Shown here: positions 26,878 to 39,544 of the stretch, piece by piece
Numbering within the stretch: position 1 is the stretch's first letter
How the letters are laid out: each line of letters starts with the position of its first letter
Source: Podarcis pityusensis
Taxonomy: Eukaryota
Direction: 5' to 3' (one strand)
Assembly (NCBI GenBank): GCA_964106645.2
Contig: OZ067040.1
DNA length: 64,000 nucleotides
Notes under the pieces: generated by a model
The model's input: only the letters and a program-made list of their open reading frames with translations
Databases searched by the model: none
Told to the model about the DNA's origin: nothing
Translations under genes and position numbers: made by a program

Positions 26878-27391
26878 AAATTCAAAGCATTGTGAAACTG
26901 AAAGGAGCTTCCTCCCATCATATAAGACTGCAAGCTCCAAGATAAGACAATGGCTGCTTTGGTCCTGCTGCTGTGAGCCATGTGATGGTTTGGCATGTTG
27001 TGTCGTGTCGTGTTGTGTTGTGTATGAACCCAAGCTTCTGGTTTATCATGCTCTAGTTTAGGCACACCATGAGCTGTAGTCAATGTTTGTTCTGTGGCTT
27101 ACATCTCACATTTTAGCTCACAGCAGCAGGACTGGAGGAGGAGAAAAGCAGCCAAGCTTCTCTGGACACCTGAAAATTTGCAATTACCCATAGTTTGGCT
27201 TAGCGTTATGTGAAAACCAGGTCATTGTATAAACAGGTTATCATTGTCAGTATTCAACACTATATTTTAAGAATGCACTGCATTTCCTTAGAGGGCAACC
27301 AAAAACCCTGCAATATTTATTTATTATGAAAGTGAAAAAATTCAAAGCATTGTGAAACTGAAAGGAGCTTCCTCCCATCATATAAAACTGC
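26878..27391 (+). repeat. 54-bp direct repeat pair
   Basis: 26878-26931 and 27338-27391 differ at one base. Confidence 0.9.
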
Positions 27392-28063
27392 TGAGATTGG
27401 AAGTGTACTTGAATTATATTCACTTTGGGAATTCTTTTCATTAAATCTGGTGGATACGTTTATATTCAGAATTTCAGTCTAAGCTTTAGAACTATTCATT
27501 TTATTTCTATAGCTGCCAGTACTAAAAAGCAGCAGTGCATTTTTCAAGGAGGTCAGAACAGTATATATTGTAACTTGTAGGCTACAACCACATATACACT
27601 TACGATTAAGTCTCATTTAACTCCTAGCCTATAAAGCTTAAATCTATAAAAGAGGATTCTATAAGGAGGCCAACATGCTTTTTATAATGCTTTTAAGATG
27701 AGAATAAGTATTTCAAAATAAAACTTTCTTGTTTTAATTATACATTAAAAATCCACTTTACTTTCCTCCCTAAAAGAACTATATTAGAGATACTGTACAT
27801 GGAATGAAGTCCAGTTTTAAGTCTTGTATTTTTTAAAATAAATCAAGCACATTTAAAATACTGATGATCTAACACTGGTTATCCTTATTAGTAATATTAT
27901 AATACAAAATGTAATAAAATAATTCAATCAAGTGTTATATCAGGTAAACAGCAAAATGACAAAGTCGCTTGGAAAATTTCTCCTGTTCTTGTACGTAGGC
28001 ATGCAAAATAGTCAGTAGTTATTTGGAAATCCCAGGACGTGAGCAAGTTACACGAAAATAGTA

Positions 28064-28289
28064 CAGTGGTACCTTGGGTTACATACGCTTCAGGTTACAG
28101 ACTCTGCTAACCCAGAAATAGTGCTTCAGGTTAAGAACTTTGCTTCAGGTTGAGAACAGAAATTGTGCTTCGGTGGCGTGGCGGCAGCGGGAGGCCCCAT
28201 TAGCTAAAGTGGTGCTTCAGGTTAAGAACAGTTTCAGGTTAAGTACAGACCTCCAGAACGAATTAAGTACTTAACCCGAGGTACCACTG
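28064..28289. mobile_element. Tc1/mariner MITE (same family as 34537 and 63756)
   Basis: CAGTGGTACC TIRs; TA TSD; internal sequence shared with the other copies. Confidence 0.92.
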
Positions 28290-29976
28290 TATCTCCCATA
28301 AGAATGGGAACATTTAAAAAGAATTACCATCATCTCCACTAATCACATGAATAACGTTTGGAGGGAAAGTGAGACTATGCTCTGTAATAAAAGTTTTCCA
28401 TTTCCAGTGCAACTGCCTTTGGGATCCGTATCAGGAGGCTGAATGACTGGACATCTAAAAGTTAGGAGTACGTGTCACTGCCCAAGAACTTCAAATCCAT
28501 GCCACTTTGTGAACAGACAGCACATAACAACTTGAAATTGGCTCCTGGAATAATTCTTTTCCCCAGACCTGCTCATTTTGTGGACAATCTGAGGTACAAT
28601 TTAAGTATCATCTAGAAGGGCAACCGATAAGAAGGAGCAGTGCACATCTTCAAAACCAGAAGTGGCACTTAACTATTACAAGGAAAACCAAAAGGACACT
28701 TCAGCTATAGAATGTTGTTTTACAGGGAGGGGGTGGAGAGAAAATGGGCTGAAAACATTTAAGTTAAACATTGTGGTCTGAAATACTACAGAGTATGGTT
28801 ATGCAACCATCATAATCAGCAAGAAGCAAGTATTACTTTCATACCCAACTCTGAAGAGTAGACCAAATCCACAATTATTTTAACAGTTGTTTGCTTCTGA
28901 TCTTCTAGTGCAGGTATACTGTACACAATTGATACCATTCAACCTTTTGTATAATTTCAAAGAAAACCAAACTGAAATATTGTTTCCCATGACAAATCAA
29001 CCTAGAGCTTGCATGTAACTCTTAACAGTAAGGGGGGGGGGGATATGCCAGTTATGCAAAGCATTTCTTCTCATGCTAGGAAAAATTTCCATCTTATTTA
29101 CCTTGAAATACACTATAAAGACCACATAGCTTCTTCCTGCTAGCAAAAACATCTCTATACACATGTTATTTCCCCTGATATAATATAATCCCATTTGACA
29201 CACTCTTGGCTCAATTACAAATTAGCATCAAACATCTGCCAAGCCAAGGCAGAGCAAACACAACTGATCGCATCTCCCCAAGGAAGACCTCAACTGTATC
29301 TTACTGAGGAAAGGAAGGATTTGGAAACCCTTATTAAAGATGCTGCTGGTGTCTCTGATTCACTAAAGCTGCTTGCATCTCTACTCTCACAGCTAAAAAG
29401 AGGAGCCACTGAACAGGCAGGATCAGGCCCACACCTGCTGGAAGGCCGTCCAGAGAATTGGACATCTTAATAAACGCTTCATAAAGCACCCGAAATTTTC
29501 TCAGCGCTGTAAAAAGAGCACAATCCTTGCGTCCAGGGTCACAGTCTACTAAACAGGAAGGAGGGAAGAGAAAATCAAGCCCTGGAATACCTAAGGATGG
29601 GGCCAAGTTGACCTCCCCCTTGCCCTGGCAATCTTCCTGAGAGGTGGGGAAAGGGTGCAGCCCTCGAGTGGCCCTATGTTTGGGAGGCCAGAGAGAGCAT
29701 CCCTTCAGCTCTGCCGTCCCAGATGCGGTCCATCAGGGGTAGCCAACATGGTGCCCTCCGAACGTGGGGCTGCAATGCCCGTCGGCTCTAGCCAGCATGG
29801 CCAACCGTCAGGAGGGACGATGGGAGTTGTAGTCCGGCCACATCTGGAGGGCAACACGGTGGCAACCCCTGCTATGGAGGCATGGAAAGTGTTAGCTGAC
29901 AAGCCCACGGGCAGATTCCCACCGAGCCACCCATCCGCCGCCGCCTCTCGCTCCCCATGATGCCAGCCCTTCTCAC

Positions 29977-30081
29977 CTGGGCCTCTGCCGCGCACCAGAG
30001 GCAGCCCACGGTGGCTGCCGCCAGCAGGAGCTGCGCCGCCGCCTCCGCTGCAGTTCTCCGGGCAACTCTGCTGATGCTCAT
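29977..30081 (-). CDS. ERO1B: ERO1B exon 1 coding part (signal peptide)
   Basis: ATG at 30081; MSISRVARRTAAEAAAQLLLAAATVGCLWCAAEAQ|gtgaga; the 16 exons sum to 1407 nt in frame. Confidence 0.9.
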
Positions 30082-30553
30082 GCTGCAGAACCCTCTCCCC
30101 GCTCGCCCCGGGGCGGAGGGCGCCCCTCGCCGCCGCCTCAGGGCAGCCCGGAGCACCGGAACCACCGAAGGATGCCTCCCTTCTCCCCGAGGTTGCCACT
30201 GACGCTGGGAAAGAGGAGCCTGCCGGGCGGGCGAGCGAGCGGACAGGCGGCCGGCCGGATGCGCCGCGCTCACCTCAGCCTCCTCAGCGCTCGCTCTGCT
30301 GCTGCTCTTCCTCCTCCTATTCCTCGCAGCCCCCACGCCGCTCTTGTTGTGCACGGGGAAGGAGGGAGGGAGAGCGCACGCCCCAGCTAGACACTTTCCC
30401 GTTTGCCACAGGAGAAGGGGCGACAGCGGAGGCTGCCCTCTCGGCTGCCGCGCAAAGCGTTTCGGGAAGTGTAGTGCGACGCCGTCAGCCTTCGCTCTTG
30501 CATTTCTCTTGCCTCAGAGGCGGGCGGCGAAAGGGGAGGGACGAAGGCCGCAG

Positions 30554-30572
30554 CCAATGAGGAAGGACCACG
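30554..30572 (+). promoter_or_regulatory. ER stress response element (ERSE), CCAAT-N9-CCACG
   Basis: CCAAT gaggaagga CCACG, exact consensus and spacing, about 470 bp upstream of the ERO1B ATG. Confidence 0.85.
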
Positions 30573-31464
30573 CGCCCCTTCAAAACAAGAGGAGGCAGTT
30601 TGTAACTGTCACGAGGAGGGGAAGGTCCCGCGGGGCGGGGGTTGGCGCTCGAGGGGCTGATGTGTGGCGCCCGCGCGCAGTGAGAGGAGGAAGGGGCAAG
30701 GCGTTAAAAAAAAAAGTGATGCAATACCATCACTTGAGAAAGGCTTCTGTGCCTCGTAACTCCATTTTGCTCCCACAATTGCACTTAGCGTTAATATGTA
30801 GAGGTGTGTTGCTCGCCCCCTCCTGCGTTGCAAACCCGTCACGCTCAAATTCCCTGAAGCAGCATTTAATGTATATATTTTTGTCTCTATGCACATATGC
30901 GCCTCCTGAATAAGCGGGAGGAGGGATGTCTTTCACTTTGTAGCTTTAAGAACCCAGGCCCTTTGACATTGAGCTGATGTGTCATGTTGGGGAAGAGGAA
31001 TATTATTTTTTATAAGATAATAATTAAAGGAAATTGTAGCACTCAAAAAAAAAAAAAGGAACGCCACAGTTTTTTTAGGAATCTGAATTTCTGTCGAAGG
31101 AATGTAATCATGAAATCAGTACATTTCTTGTAAATATACTGAGGCAATGTTCAGGTTTTTGTGGGGGCTGTGACAAGGGTGTTCCTGCTTCCTTCCTCAT
31201 TGTGCTTAAGGAAACCGTTCCAGTCACAATATCATTAATCTTCCTTGCTGCCTTGCATTGTATGTGTTTGTGTGTGTGAGAGACCCATGGAAGCTCAAGC
31301 CATTTTCTCAGCCAAATTTCTGAAACCAGTGCCCACCGATTGTAGTGAAGTCAGTTGCTCTGCAAGCTTCATCAACTCACCCCTTTGCTTTTAAAATTGG
31401 ATTTCTACACCGTGACAGAGGCAGTTATGCACCTCGGCATTCAGATCAACCATAATAGTTCTCG

Positions 31465-31560
31465 TCATAAGACTTGCTGGGTCAGTCCAAAGGCCCACTT
31501 AGTCCAGCATCCTCTTCTCCCAGTGGCCCATGGGAAGCAATGTCTATGGGAAGCCCTCAA
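31465..31560 (-). mobile_element. CR1 LINE 3' tail
   Basis: Reverse complement of the same tail (CATAAGA...TGCTGG.TCAG...TAGTCCAGCATCC). Confidence 0.55.
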
Positions 31561-33402
31561 GCCGGACTTGAAGGCTTGTACACAGCCCTGGTATCGGAAG
31601 TATAATTTGGCCTTTGGTGGATTAATTTATGGTATCCAAGTGGAGGTAACTTGTGCAGGGTTCCATATGAGAAAAGGTATGTGAGTGACTGCTCTCCCAA
31701 ATAAATGAGCTACTTAGAAATCAGTTGCTTAGTTTTGCCTCTCTGAATAGGTTATAGGGCCTCATGTCTGGGAAAAAGTTCACCTGCCATATTATATTTC
31801 AGAGGAATTTGCCATGTGTGCACTTGATAAATAATATATTTCTATGTGGAGATTATTGGCTCTACTCATGTAACCAGGCTAAATGCTTTATCATAGAGCA
31901 GATGGCAGCTTGTTTTCTTAATTTTAACCCATTTGTCTGCAGTAGGTTCTTTCAGTAATGTTCCTTTTTTATCAGGATGAGACTTGGAAAGGATATAAGT
32001 TATATCTGCTGGGTACAGACTACTAAATCACATTTTGACTGGAAAAGCATAATAGTTATTACTAAAATCTTCACAAAGGCATAACCAGGCATTTTAGGTA
32101 TGATGTTTTTCACCTTGTAAGTCCAAGTCCATTTATCATAAGGCTCCTGGAAAGCTCTCAGTGAATACTGATGTACTGTATATAGTGGTGTGCCCTATAG
32201 ATCACTGGGAGCCAAAATGCAAGTTTATTTCAAGATTCAACTTACAACAAGAGGATTCAAAATTTATTTGCAGTAAAACATGTTGAAATTGTTGATGATG
32301 ATTGATCATCTGTCACAGAGAAAAATGGGATCATATACTTAATTTTAGTGTTTTGCTAAAGGCTGACAAGAATGAAACAAACTGTGACTCTGATCTGTTT
32401 AGAAACCTTTCTTAGCTTTGCCTGAAGCAAATAGAAATTGTAGCTTTTGTGCTGCTTGAACTGATAGGTCACTATGTTTCCTTCTTCTAAAGATTAACTT
32501 TATGATGGAATACCTCATTTTGCAGCCATACAAAAAAACACACATCTCCATTGTACTGTCCAGGAAGAAATAAAGAATACTGCTGTGTTTCTCTATTTGT
32601 GGTGGTGTTCCAGTTCTGTTGTTTTTGCCCATTTCTGATTCTGGTGCCTACATGGCATGCAGGCATGCACCTGTAGCTTCATCTAAATGGCATAGGGGTC
32701 CGATAGTTGCAAAACTGAAAAATAATGTTAAGGTTCCATTTGTGGGTATATGATGAGAATTATTCTAACAGATTAAAGATGTGGGAGAAATTATAGCTTT
32801 GTTCAGACTTGGATGTTTTCCTGTGATGAGTCTGTAAGGGTCTGGGACTGGTGGTGGGACTGATCCTTACCTGTTTGCAATACTACATTCTTTCTCTAAA
32901 TCTTTATAGTGGTGGTCAGTTACTCTGGACCTGAAGCTTTCATTATTAAGCAGTATATTCTGGGATACCATCTGTATATAAGCTTCGGTTACCTGCATCT
33001 CCTTGTTATCCAAAACAGTTGCAGTCCCTAATGCGTGACTCATTACATCGAAAATTCCCTCAAGTATGCAGTTTTATTCAATGTTTCTTCCCTGTGTTAC
33101 TTCTATAACTATAGAACAATCTCAATTACACCCTTCACAGGTGTGGTCCAAATAATGACTGTTTGTTTAAGCCCTTTGAGAGTTTAGATCTAAAACATCA
33201 TAGACGTGTGAGGCTAAACCACTATTTCTGACTTACAGATATGAAATACTGAAGAAATATTATAAAGCTTTTCCTTTGTATTGTGCATACTCTGTGTATG
33301 CTTGGAGTCTGACATGCTGAATCTTCTTGTAGCTCTTGCTGTGGAACCCTACTGAAGTGCCTTCTGTATATATACTGCTGCATGCCACCCCAATCTGAGC
33401 AG

Positions 33403-33814
33403 TGCAAGAGTCCAGCTGCTTACCCAGGGTTTGCTTCCTTAGAATGAAAGACAGTGGAGACTGTGGTGTCTTTATGATATATGGTTTAATTACACATATC
33501 TACCATTAACACCCCAAAAAGGTATTGTTTCTCCCATAGTTGCAGCCTTGGGTTCAAGTAGAAATCAAGCATGACTCTGTCTCTCAGCTGCCTAGCCTGC
33601 TTTCAGCTTCTAGCTCAACTCTGGCATTTGTCTTTCTAACTAATAGACAGTTGAGGGAGGGGGGAACCACCCATTTGACCTCTTCCTTTGTTACCTTAAC
33701 AACCTATTCTTGACCATTACCAATAAACTTGCCTGGCTGTTCCAGCAAAGGAATTCTTTTTGGATCCAGGAATTAGAAGGGACTCGGGCATACAGCTTCC
33801 CACCTCTCCCTGCA
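33403..33814 (-). mobile_element. Possible older solo LTR
   Basis: TGCA...TGCA termini and LTR-like layout with minus-strand ATTAAA near 33485; no clean TSD. Confidence 0.35.
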
Positions 33815-34536
33815 AAAACTCACAACAGTATGCACAGGATTGTGCTGCTAGTCTGTGAGTATTAGTCAGACTGAATAATTGTGCACCAACAAACAAGTGG
33901 TACAATTCCAGGAGCGCTCCCGTGTGGATATTTTTAATATATTTGGCTCTGAATTGCATTGCAATCAAATGTGGAGGATAGGGTGGGGGTTGATATATTT
34001 CTGTTATAAAGGATTTGGTGTTTTTTCCAAGTGAAGGCTCTAGAGTGCCTTTATGACAAATGACTAGAATATTTTTAATAACTCTTGAATCATGCAACTG
34101 TTTAAATTGCTATATAATTGCATTATGCCCAGGACTGAAACTCAGCAGAGCTTTATACTAATTAGCTGGGAACAGTTTCAGGTGCTGCTATTGCTGCCAG
34201 CTCAATAGAAAACTGTCTGTTAATTATAGTGAGATCAGCATTCAACCTTTTCTAAGGTACAAACACAAAGTGCAAGTTGTCAAACTAGTTATGGTGTTTC
34301 AAAAAATAAAAATAAAACAGTATTTCCAAGAATCACTTGCCTCTAATTCATGTAATACAAACTATTTTGGTAATAATGGAAAATATATTAAAATAAATCC
34401 TTAGGATGGTTTGATTTTCTGTTTTACGTCTTTGAGGACACAAGCACTGTCACATGATGCAAGTTACAGAAGCAAAACAATAAAGCTAGAGATACACACA
34501 GATAACTGCATCTTTCCTGGATAATTTTAGAATATA

Positions 34537-34770
34537 CAGTGGTACCTCGGGTTACAGATGCTTCAGGTTAAAGACACTTCAGGTTACAGACTCCGCTAAC
34601 CCAGAAATAGTACCTTGGGTTAAGAACTTTGCTTCAGGATGAGAACAGAAATTGTGCGGTGACAGCAGTGGGAGGCCCCATTAGCTAAAGTGGTACCTCA
34701 GGTTAAGAACAGTTTCAGGTTAAGAACGGACCTCCAGAACGAATTAAGTTCTTAACCCGAGGTACCACTA
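34537..34770. mobile_element. Tc1/mariner MITE
   Basis: CAGTGGTACCTCGGGTTA TIRs; TA TSD. Confidence 0.92.
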
Positions 34771-35658
34771 TATATGTTCAATGCTGTTTGAGGGGTGCAG
34801 TTTACATAACTAATTTAATTAAATTTTAATAGGAAAAATTAAAATGCATTAGTACAGAGATGCAGACATATCTATTTTCCTTGGAACAGAACAATCCTAA
34901 TTTACTCATAATCAATGCAGTATGTGCAAAATATAGTAGTGTCCTATGCTTTGATTCTTTCTGGGTATGAAAGTCTCCAAGTGTAACTGCACTCATTTAG
35001 TTCCACTATGCCAGAGAATTTGAACAGTGCACATTCTATCTGAATTCATGGATGCACTTGTGAGAAGCATGGTATTGAAGTGCAATGAAACCTGAAAAAG
35101 TGTGAATGGTTGTATATGTTAAGCCACTTCTGTACCAATTCTTTACATCCTGTCAATGGATAAGGATTTTATTGGGCATGGCCTTTTCTTGCTCCCCACT
35201 CCCAAAAACATTCCATGTTTGGGGTGATAATGTCTCAATATTGTATCTACACTTTAGTTGAAACTGTTAATGAGTTAATTTTTTTCATTCCCAGATATAC
35301 CTGGCCCTGAATTATTATCTGTAAACTAGTATTTCTTAAATCATATCAATTTCACTTTCAAAAAAAGTTAAGTTTTGCCAGAATCTGGTAATTGTTGTTG
35401 GACGCTTTGAAAAGTTTGCCAGCTTTGAAAACTTTCGCTCCTTAAACTTTAAAAGAGGTTTAAAATCAGTATTTTAATTCTTTAGCTTTAATGTTAGTAG
35501 TAAACAATGGGAATCAGTATGTTACTTTCAGGCTAATAAATCGTTAGTGGGAGTATGACAATTGTTAAGTATTAAGCAATAATATGTACTATTTGAAGAC
35601 GTCCTGCTGTCTTCAATGATGATTTTTAACCACCTGATGAAGTAGGAGCTTAAAAATA

Positions 35659-35914
35659 TGTTATGTACTGAAGTTCTCACCCTGGGCCAGCAGGGGGATA
35701 CTGTAGATAGTTTTCACTCAGGTCCACATATGCAAATAAGGGATTGAAAGTGACGTTCAGTGATTGGATAGTTACAGAAAGTTGTTACAGTTGTGTTGTA
35801 GTGGAGCTCTATATAAGCAGGCTGGCTGAACCCTTCAGTTCAGTTCTGTTCTGGCCTGTGAATAAACAAGAGCTGTTTGAAGAATCACTGTGTCGTCTGA
35901 TATGTTCACCCACA
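35659..35914 (+). mobile_element. Solo LTR
   Basis: TG...CA termini; 5-bp TSD AAATA; TATATAA at 35810 then AATAAA at 35861. Confidence 0.85.
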
Positions 35915-36953
35915 AAATATATACCGCACACAAATATATTCTGAAAATAAAAAGATATAGAGCAGGAAACAAGAAGTCATGCAGTTAATGGAAGAGATAA
36001 GATCAGATTTAGAAGAGGAGGGAAGAGAGAAAGTAAAGATTTTTTTTAAAAAGTACAAAGAGCTATTAATATCTCAAATGAATAATCATGCACTAAAAAT
36101 TAACTTTATTTTTTTTAGAAGCATTCAAAATGGTTCTGAGACAATAGTTAGGTCTATGGAGATAAACAGATTATCTCCAAATTTTACCATATGGGGAATA
36201 CACAGGCTTCTTTATTAGTACAGTTTGTAGTGCCAGATTGGAACACAGCAAAAGACCAAGTTGGGGAAATCTTACTTTGTGCATCTCTGGACATCTGAGT
36301 TATTGGAACTGCTGCCTTCAGTGAACAGCTGTTTCTGCTGTTCTACTCACTGCTGCTGCTTCCACAGCTAGTATACCCCCTCAACATTTTCAAAGGCAAA
36401 GGGCCCAGTCAGGAGCCTACTCCCAGGTTCTATATTCCTGGGACACCTCTGGATCAGAGACATGCAGCTGTTCTCAGAGCACTGTCTTGTGCTTCTGCTA
36501 CTCCCCTGCCCCATAACAGGCCTTTGGACCATAAAAAGATAAATTTCTGTCTTCATTTTGAAATCTACCTCTTCTTCCAAACTAACATTAGCAAGAGAGT
36601 TCCAACCCCATGGTGATGAATGCATTTATTTGGTTATCAATACATTCCTTATGATCATATATAAAAAGTCACCTTATGCAAGTTCAATTAAAACGGCAAC
36701 TAAAAATAATCCCAAAGAATACAATTCACAAAACAGAAGCACAGTTATTACAGTGCAGTCCTATACAGGTGTACTTGAGTTCCATGGCTGGAATGTGTCG
36801 TTGAAATGGGATACCTCTTGCTTGTCTGGTTGGAGGATGGACAGATGTGTGGGTGTACAGACCTCTGAGTTTTGAATGGCTATAACTCTCTGTAAATCAT
36901 ATTACTTATTGCACCTAGCAGAGATTTATTCAGCCAGCAATCCCCATCTTTGC

Positions 36954-37452
36954 AGGAAGGGCCATTGTACAGTGGAGAGCATTTACTTTGTTTGCAGAAG
37001 TTCCGAGGTTCAATCTCTGGCTTCTCCAAGTAGAGGTGGGATAAAACACTGCCTGAAATCTTGGAGAGCAACTGCCAGTCAGGGTAGACCAGGGCTGGCT
37101 CAAGATCTTTTAGCATCTGAGGTGAACCACAAAATGACACCCACCTCTCTGCCAGGGAAGAAGAGGGGAGTGAAGATTTACATCAGGAACAAGGGAGGAA
37201 TAAATATCTACATCAGGAACAAGGGTGGGAGGAGATGCTATCAAGGCAGCATAAGAGTGGGTGCTGTAGTTGCTGCTGGCATCGCAGCTGCAGCAGTGGT
37301 CAGTGTATTTCTTGGAGGCTGGATCTGCTGTCCCTGTGGATCCTGCCACCTGAGGCGGTCACCTCACCTTGCCTCATGGGTGGGCCATCCCTAGTGTACA
37401 TTGAGCTAGATGGACCCAATGGTCTGACTCAGTACAAGGCAGCTCCCTGTGT
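36954..37452 (+). mobile_element. tRNA-derived squamate SINE (Squam3-like), interrupted
   Basis: Pol III A/B-box-like head; 3' part GAGCTAGATGGACC.AATGGTCTGACTC is shared with the 49113 copy. Confidence 0.7.
37090..37393. mobile_element. hAT-like MITE nested in a SINE
   Basis: CAGGGCTGGC...GCCATCCCTA degenerate TIRs; degenerate 8-bp TSD; splits a SINE into two halves. Confidence 0.65.
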
Positions 37453-37978
37453 AACCTGCAAGCTGACCTTATGGCTACTCCCAGTCAATCTAACTTTTTG
37501 TATTTTTTCTTAAATCCTCCTCCTCCACTTCCCCATATAACATCTTGCCTGATGAAGTGTTCTGAAGTACTGAAAAGTTTGCAACTCTTTGTGACATTTC
37601 TGACTGCCCCTAGCAAATGTATTGGCCAGCTTTGGATTTTGTATACAGAACTGCAGCCTTATGTATATGCCATACCTTCAAAGCACATTTGAAGCACACG
37701 TTGTTCTTTAAAGGTTGCTAGGAATTGTGACTCTCTGAGGAGTAAGCTACAATGCCTACAATTCTTTGAGGGGGGAAAGGTGCTTAAAAATATGTGTATG
37801 CAGCCACAACCTTCCTGAAGACAGCACTGGAAAGATCATGTTGTTTCTGGTCATAGCAAGCCAGCCAATTCCAAATCCTGGTGGAGAGGAACTAAATTCT
37901 GGGTGCAAATAATAGTGTTTTTCTTCCACTCACAGGGTTATAATTCAATATTTTGGCCTTTCTGATTTGTACATACAG

Positions 37979-38013
37979 TATGTATGTATGTATGTATGTA
38001 TGTATGTATGTAT
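37979..38013 (+). repeat. (TATG)n microsatellite
   Basis: Read directly from the sequence. Confidence 0.95.
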
Positions 38014-39544
38014 TTATTTATTCTATCTTTATTAAATTATTCCCAGACGCTAGCTATCAAAGAAGCCTACAGTTGCCACTTTGTCCCAGAAATAGTGCAT
38101 AATCAGAAAGATACTTACTCTGAAGTTTAATTGAGTTCAGTAGGACGGCCTCCAGTAAGTTTTTAATATTGCAGTTTTAGTAATGCAGAACTAGAACTAC
38201 TATATACTAAGCTGTAATGATGAAAGTAGACAAATTGCTGCATTGTTTAAGGATGTATTACACAGTGAAACTACCTTCCAGTGTTTACTTTGTAAGATAC
38301 TATCAGATTTAGAGTTCTGCCCTCTAATTGCTGGTTTTGTTGACTTGTTAATTAACATAGTAGCAAGTGACAGTTAATATTTTGAATGCTATTTTTGAGG
38401 CAGCTTTTATAGTCACTGTGATCTATATAGATGACTAGGAGCTGAAAATTACATGCATTTTTGCCAGTTTGGTGGTGTGAAACGTAGGGCGGGTTTGTGG
38501 CTGCCAATATATGCTGGGTTTGAAAATGTTTTTTTTAGTCCTACAATACTCCTTTTCCTTTCCACAGTAGGCACAATCTAGCCAAAGTAACCATTTTAAA
38601 ACTTTTACTGAGGTCAGGAACAGTAGACTATCCAACTAAAAGGTCACACTGCAGTGACCAAGCCTTAAAGTGACATTTTAGTTGGCCCTAATAAAGATAT
38701 TATCTGGTGTAACCTTTCCATTTCTTTTTCTAGTGGACCAACAAAGCAACCTGCATTTTTTGGTGTCATTTCAGTAAGAAAGTAAAGCAGGTGCTTAACT
38801 TTCTCCCATTAGAAGAAATGGGGCTTAACTTTTATTTGAGTTTACTCAATTGTTTTTTAGAAAACCACATTCATTTTAAATAGAGTTCTCACAAAGCTAT
38901 AATTGAGTTTAGGAATTCTTTGGATTTTTGCTTTTTGCTTTTAATTATCTTAATTACCTCCCTTACTATTATTAACTATTAACAATACAAAATGCTATAT
39001 AGAAAAGAAACAAAATCACATAGTGTTAATCGTGGCTCGATTAATTTTATTTTTAATAGTCAATCATGAAAGGGACATTTTGAGAGCAAAGTAAAATGTT
39101 CCTATTACATTTTATATTTGGCAGCAACATTATTAGGGTGGGAATCACCAGAGGGCACTGTTTCTTTTTCTGAACAGCTGTAAAGGAACCTATGGGCAGG
39201 CAGAGGTGGGGGAATTGCTTTATTATTAGTTTTGTGGTATATTTATACTATGCAGGACTGTTTGACTATCAAGTACAGTACACTGAATCTATCTGGAAAC
39301 TGGGGTATCTTCTGAAAGATGCCATTTGTGGCCAGCGTATAAGCCACATTTAATAACTAGTATGAACAATGGGGGGGGGGGGGAATGTGATGATTAGTAA
39401 CAGATCAACATGATTCTGTATGTCATTTCAGTCATAACTGGTACCTGAGAAAATGCTCATGTAAGTATTTAGTGCATCTGGAATTATAGGTAAGGTTCAT
39501 TAATTTTTCAGAGAACATCAGACTGTACTTCTTCACAGAGCACA

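Larger units (their letters stand above)
29720..30690. promoter_or_regulatory. CpG island / ERO1B promoter
   Basis: Very GC- and CpG-rich compared with the AT-rich flanks; spans exon 1; GC box GGGGCGGGG at 30632-30640. Confidence 0.88.

Noticed and set aside
29655-30913. Long overlapping ORFs (160, 164 and 189 aa) around ERO1B exon 1, including possible uORFs
   Set aside because: Stop-poor CpG island. The minus-strand ORFs at 30199 and 30354 start at GTG, not ATG. Only 30081-29977 is supported as coding.
35634-35658. CTGATGA motif just before the solo LTR as another hammerhead
   Set aside because: No GAAA box and no stem I partner
35979-36218. 79-aa Lys/Glu-rich ORF
   Set aside because: A-rich sequence that looks like a LINE remnant; no clear domain
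36876-37394. 172-aa ORF
   Set aside because: Made almost entirely of SINE and nested MITE sequence
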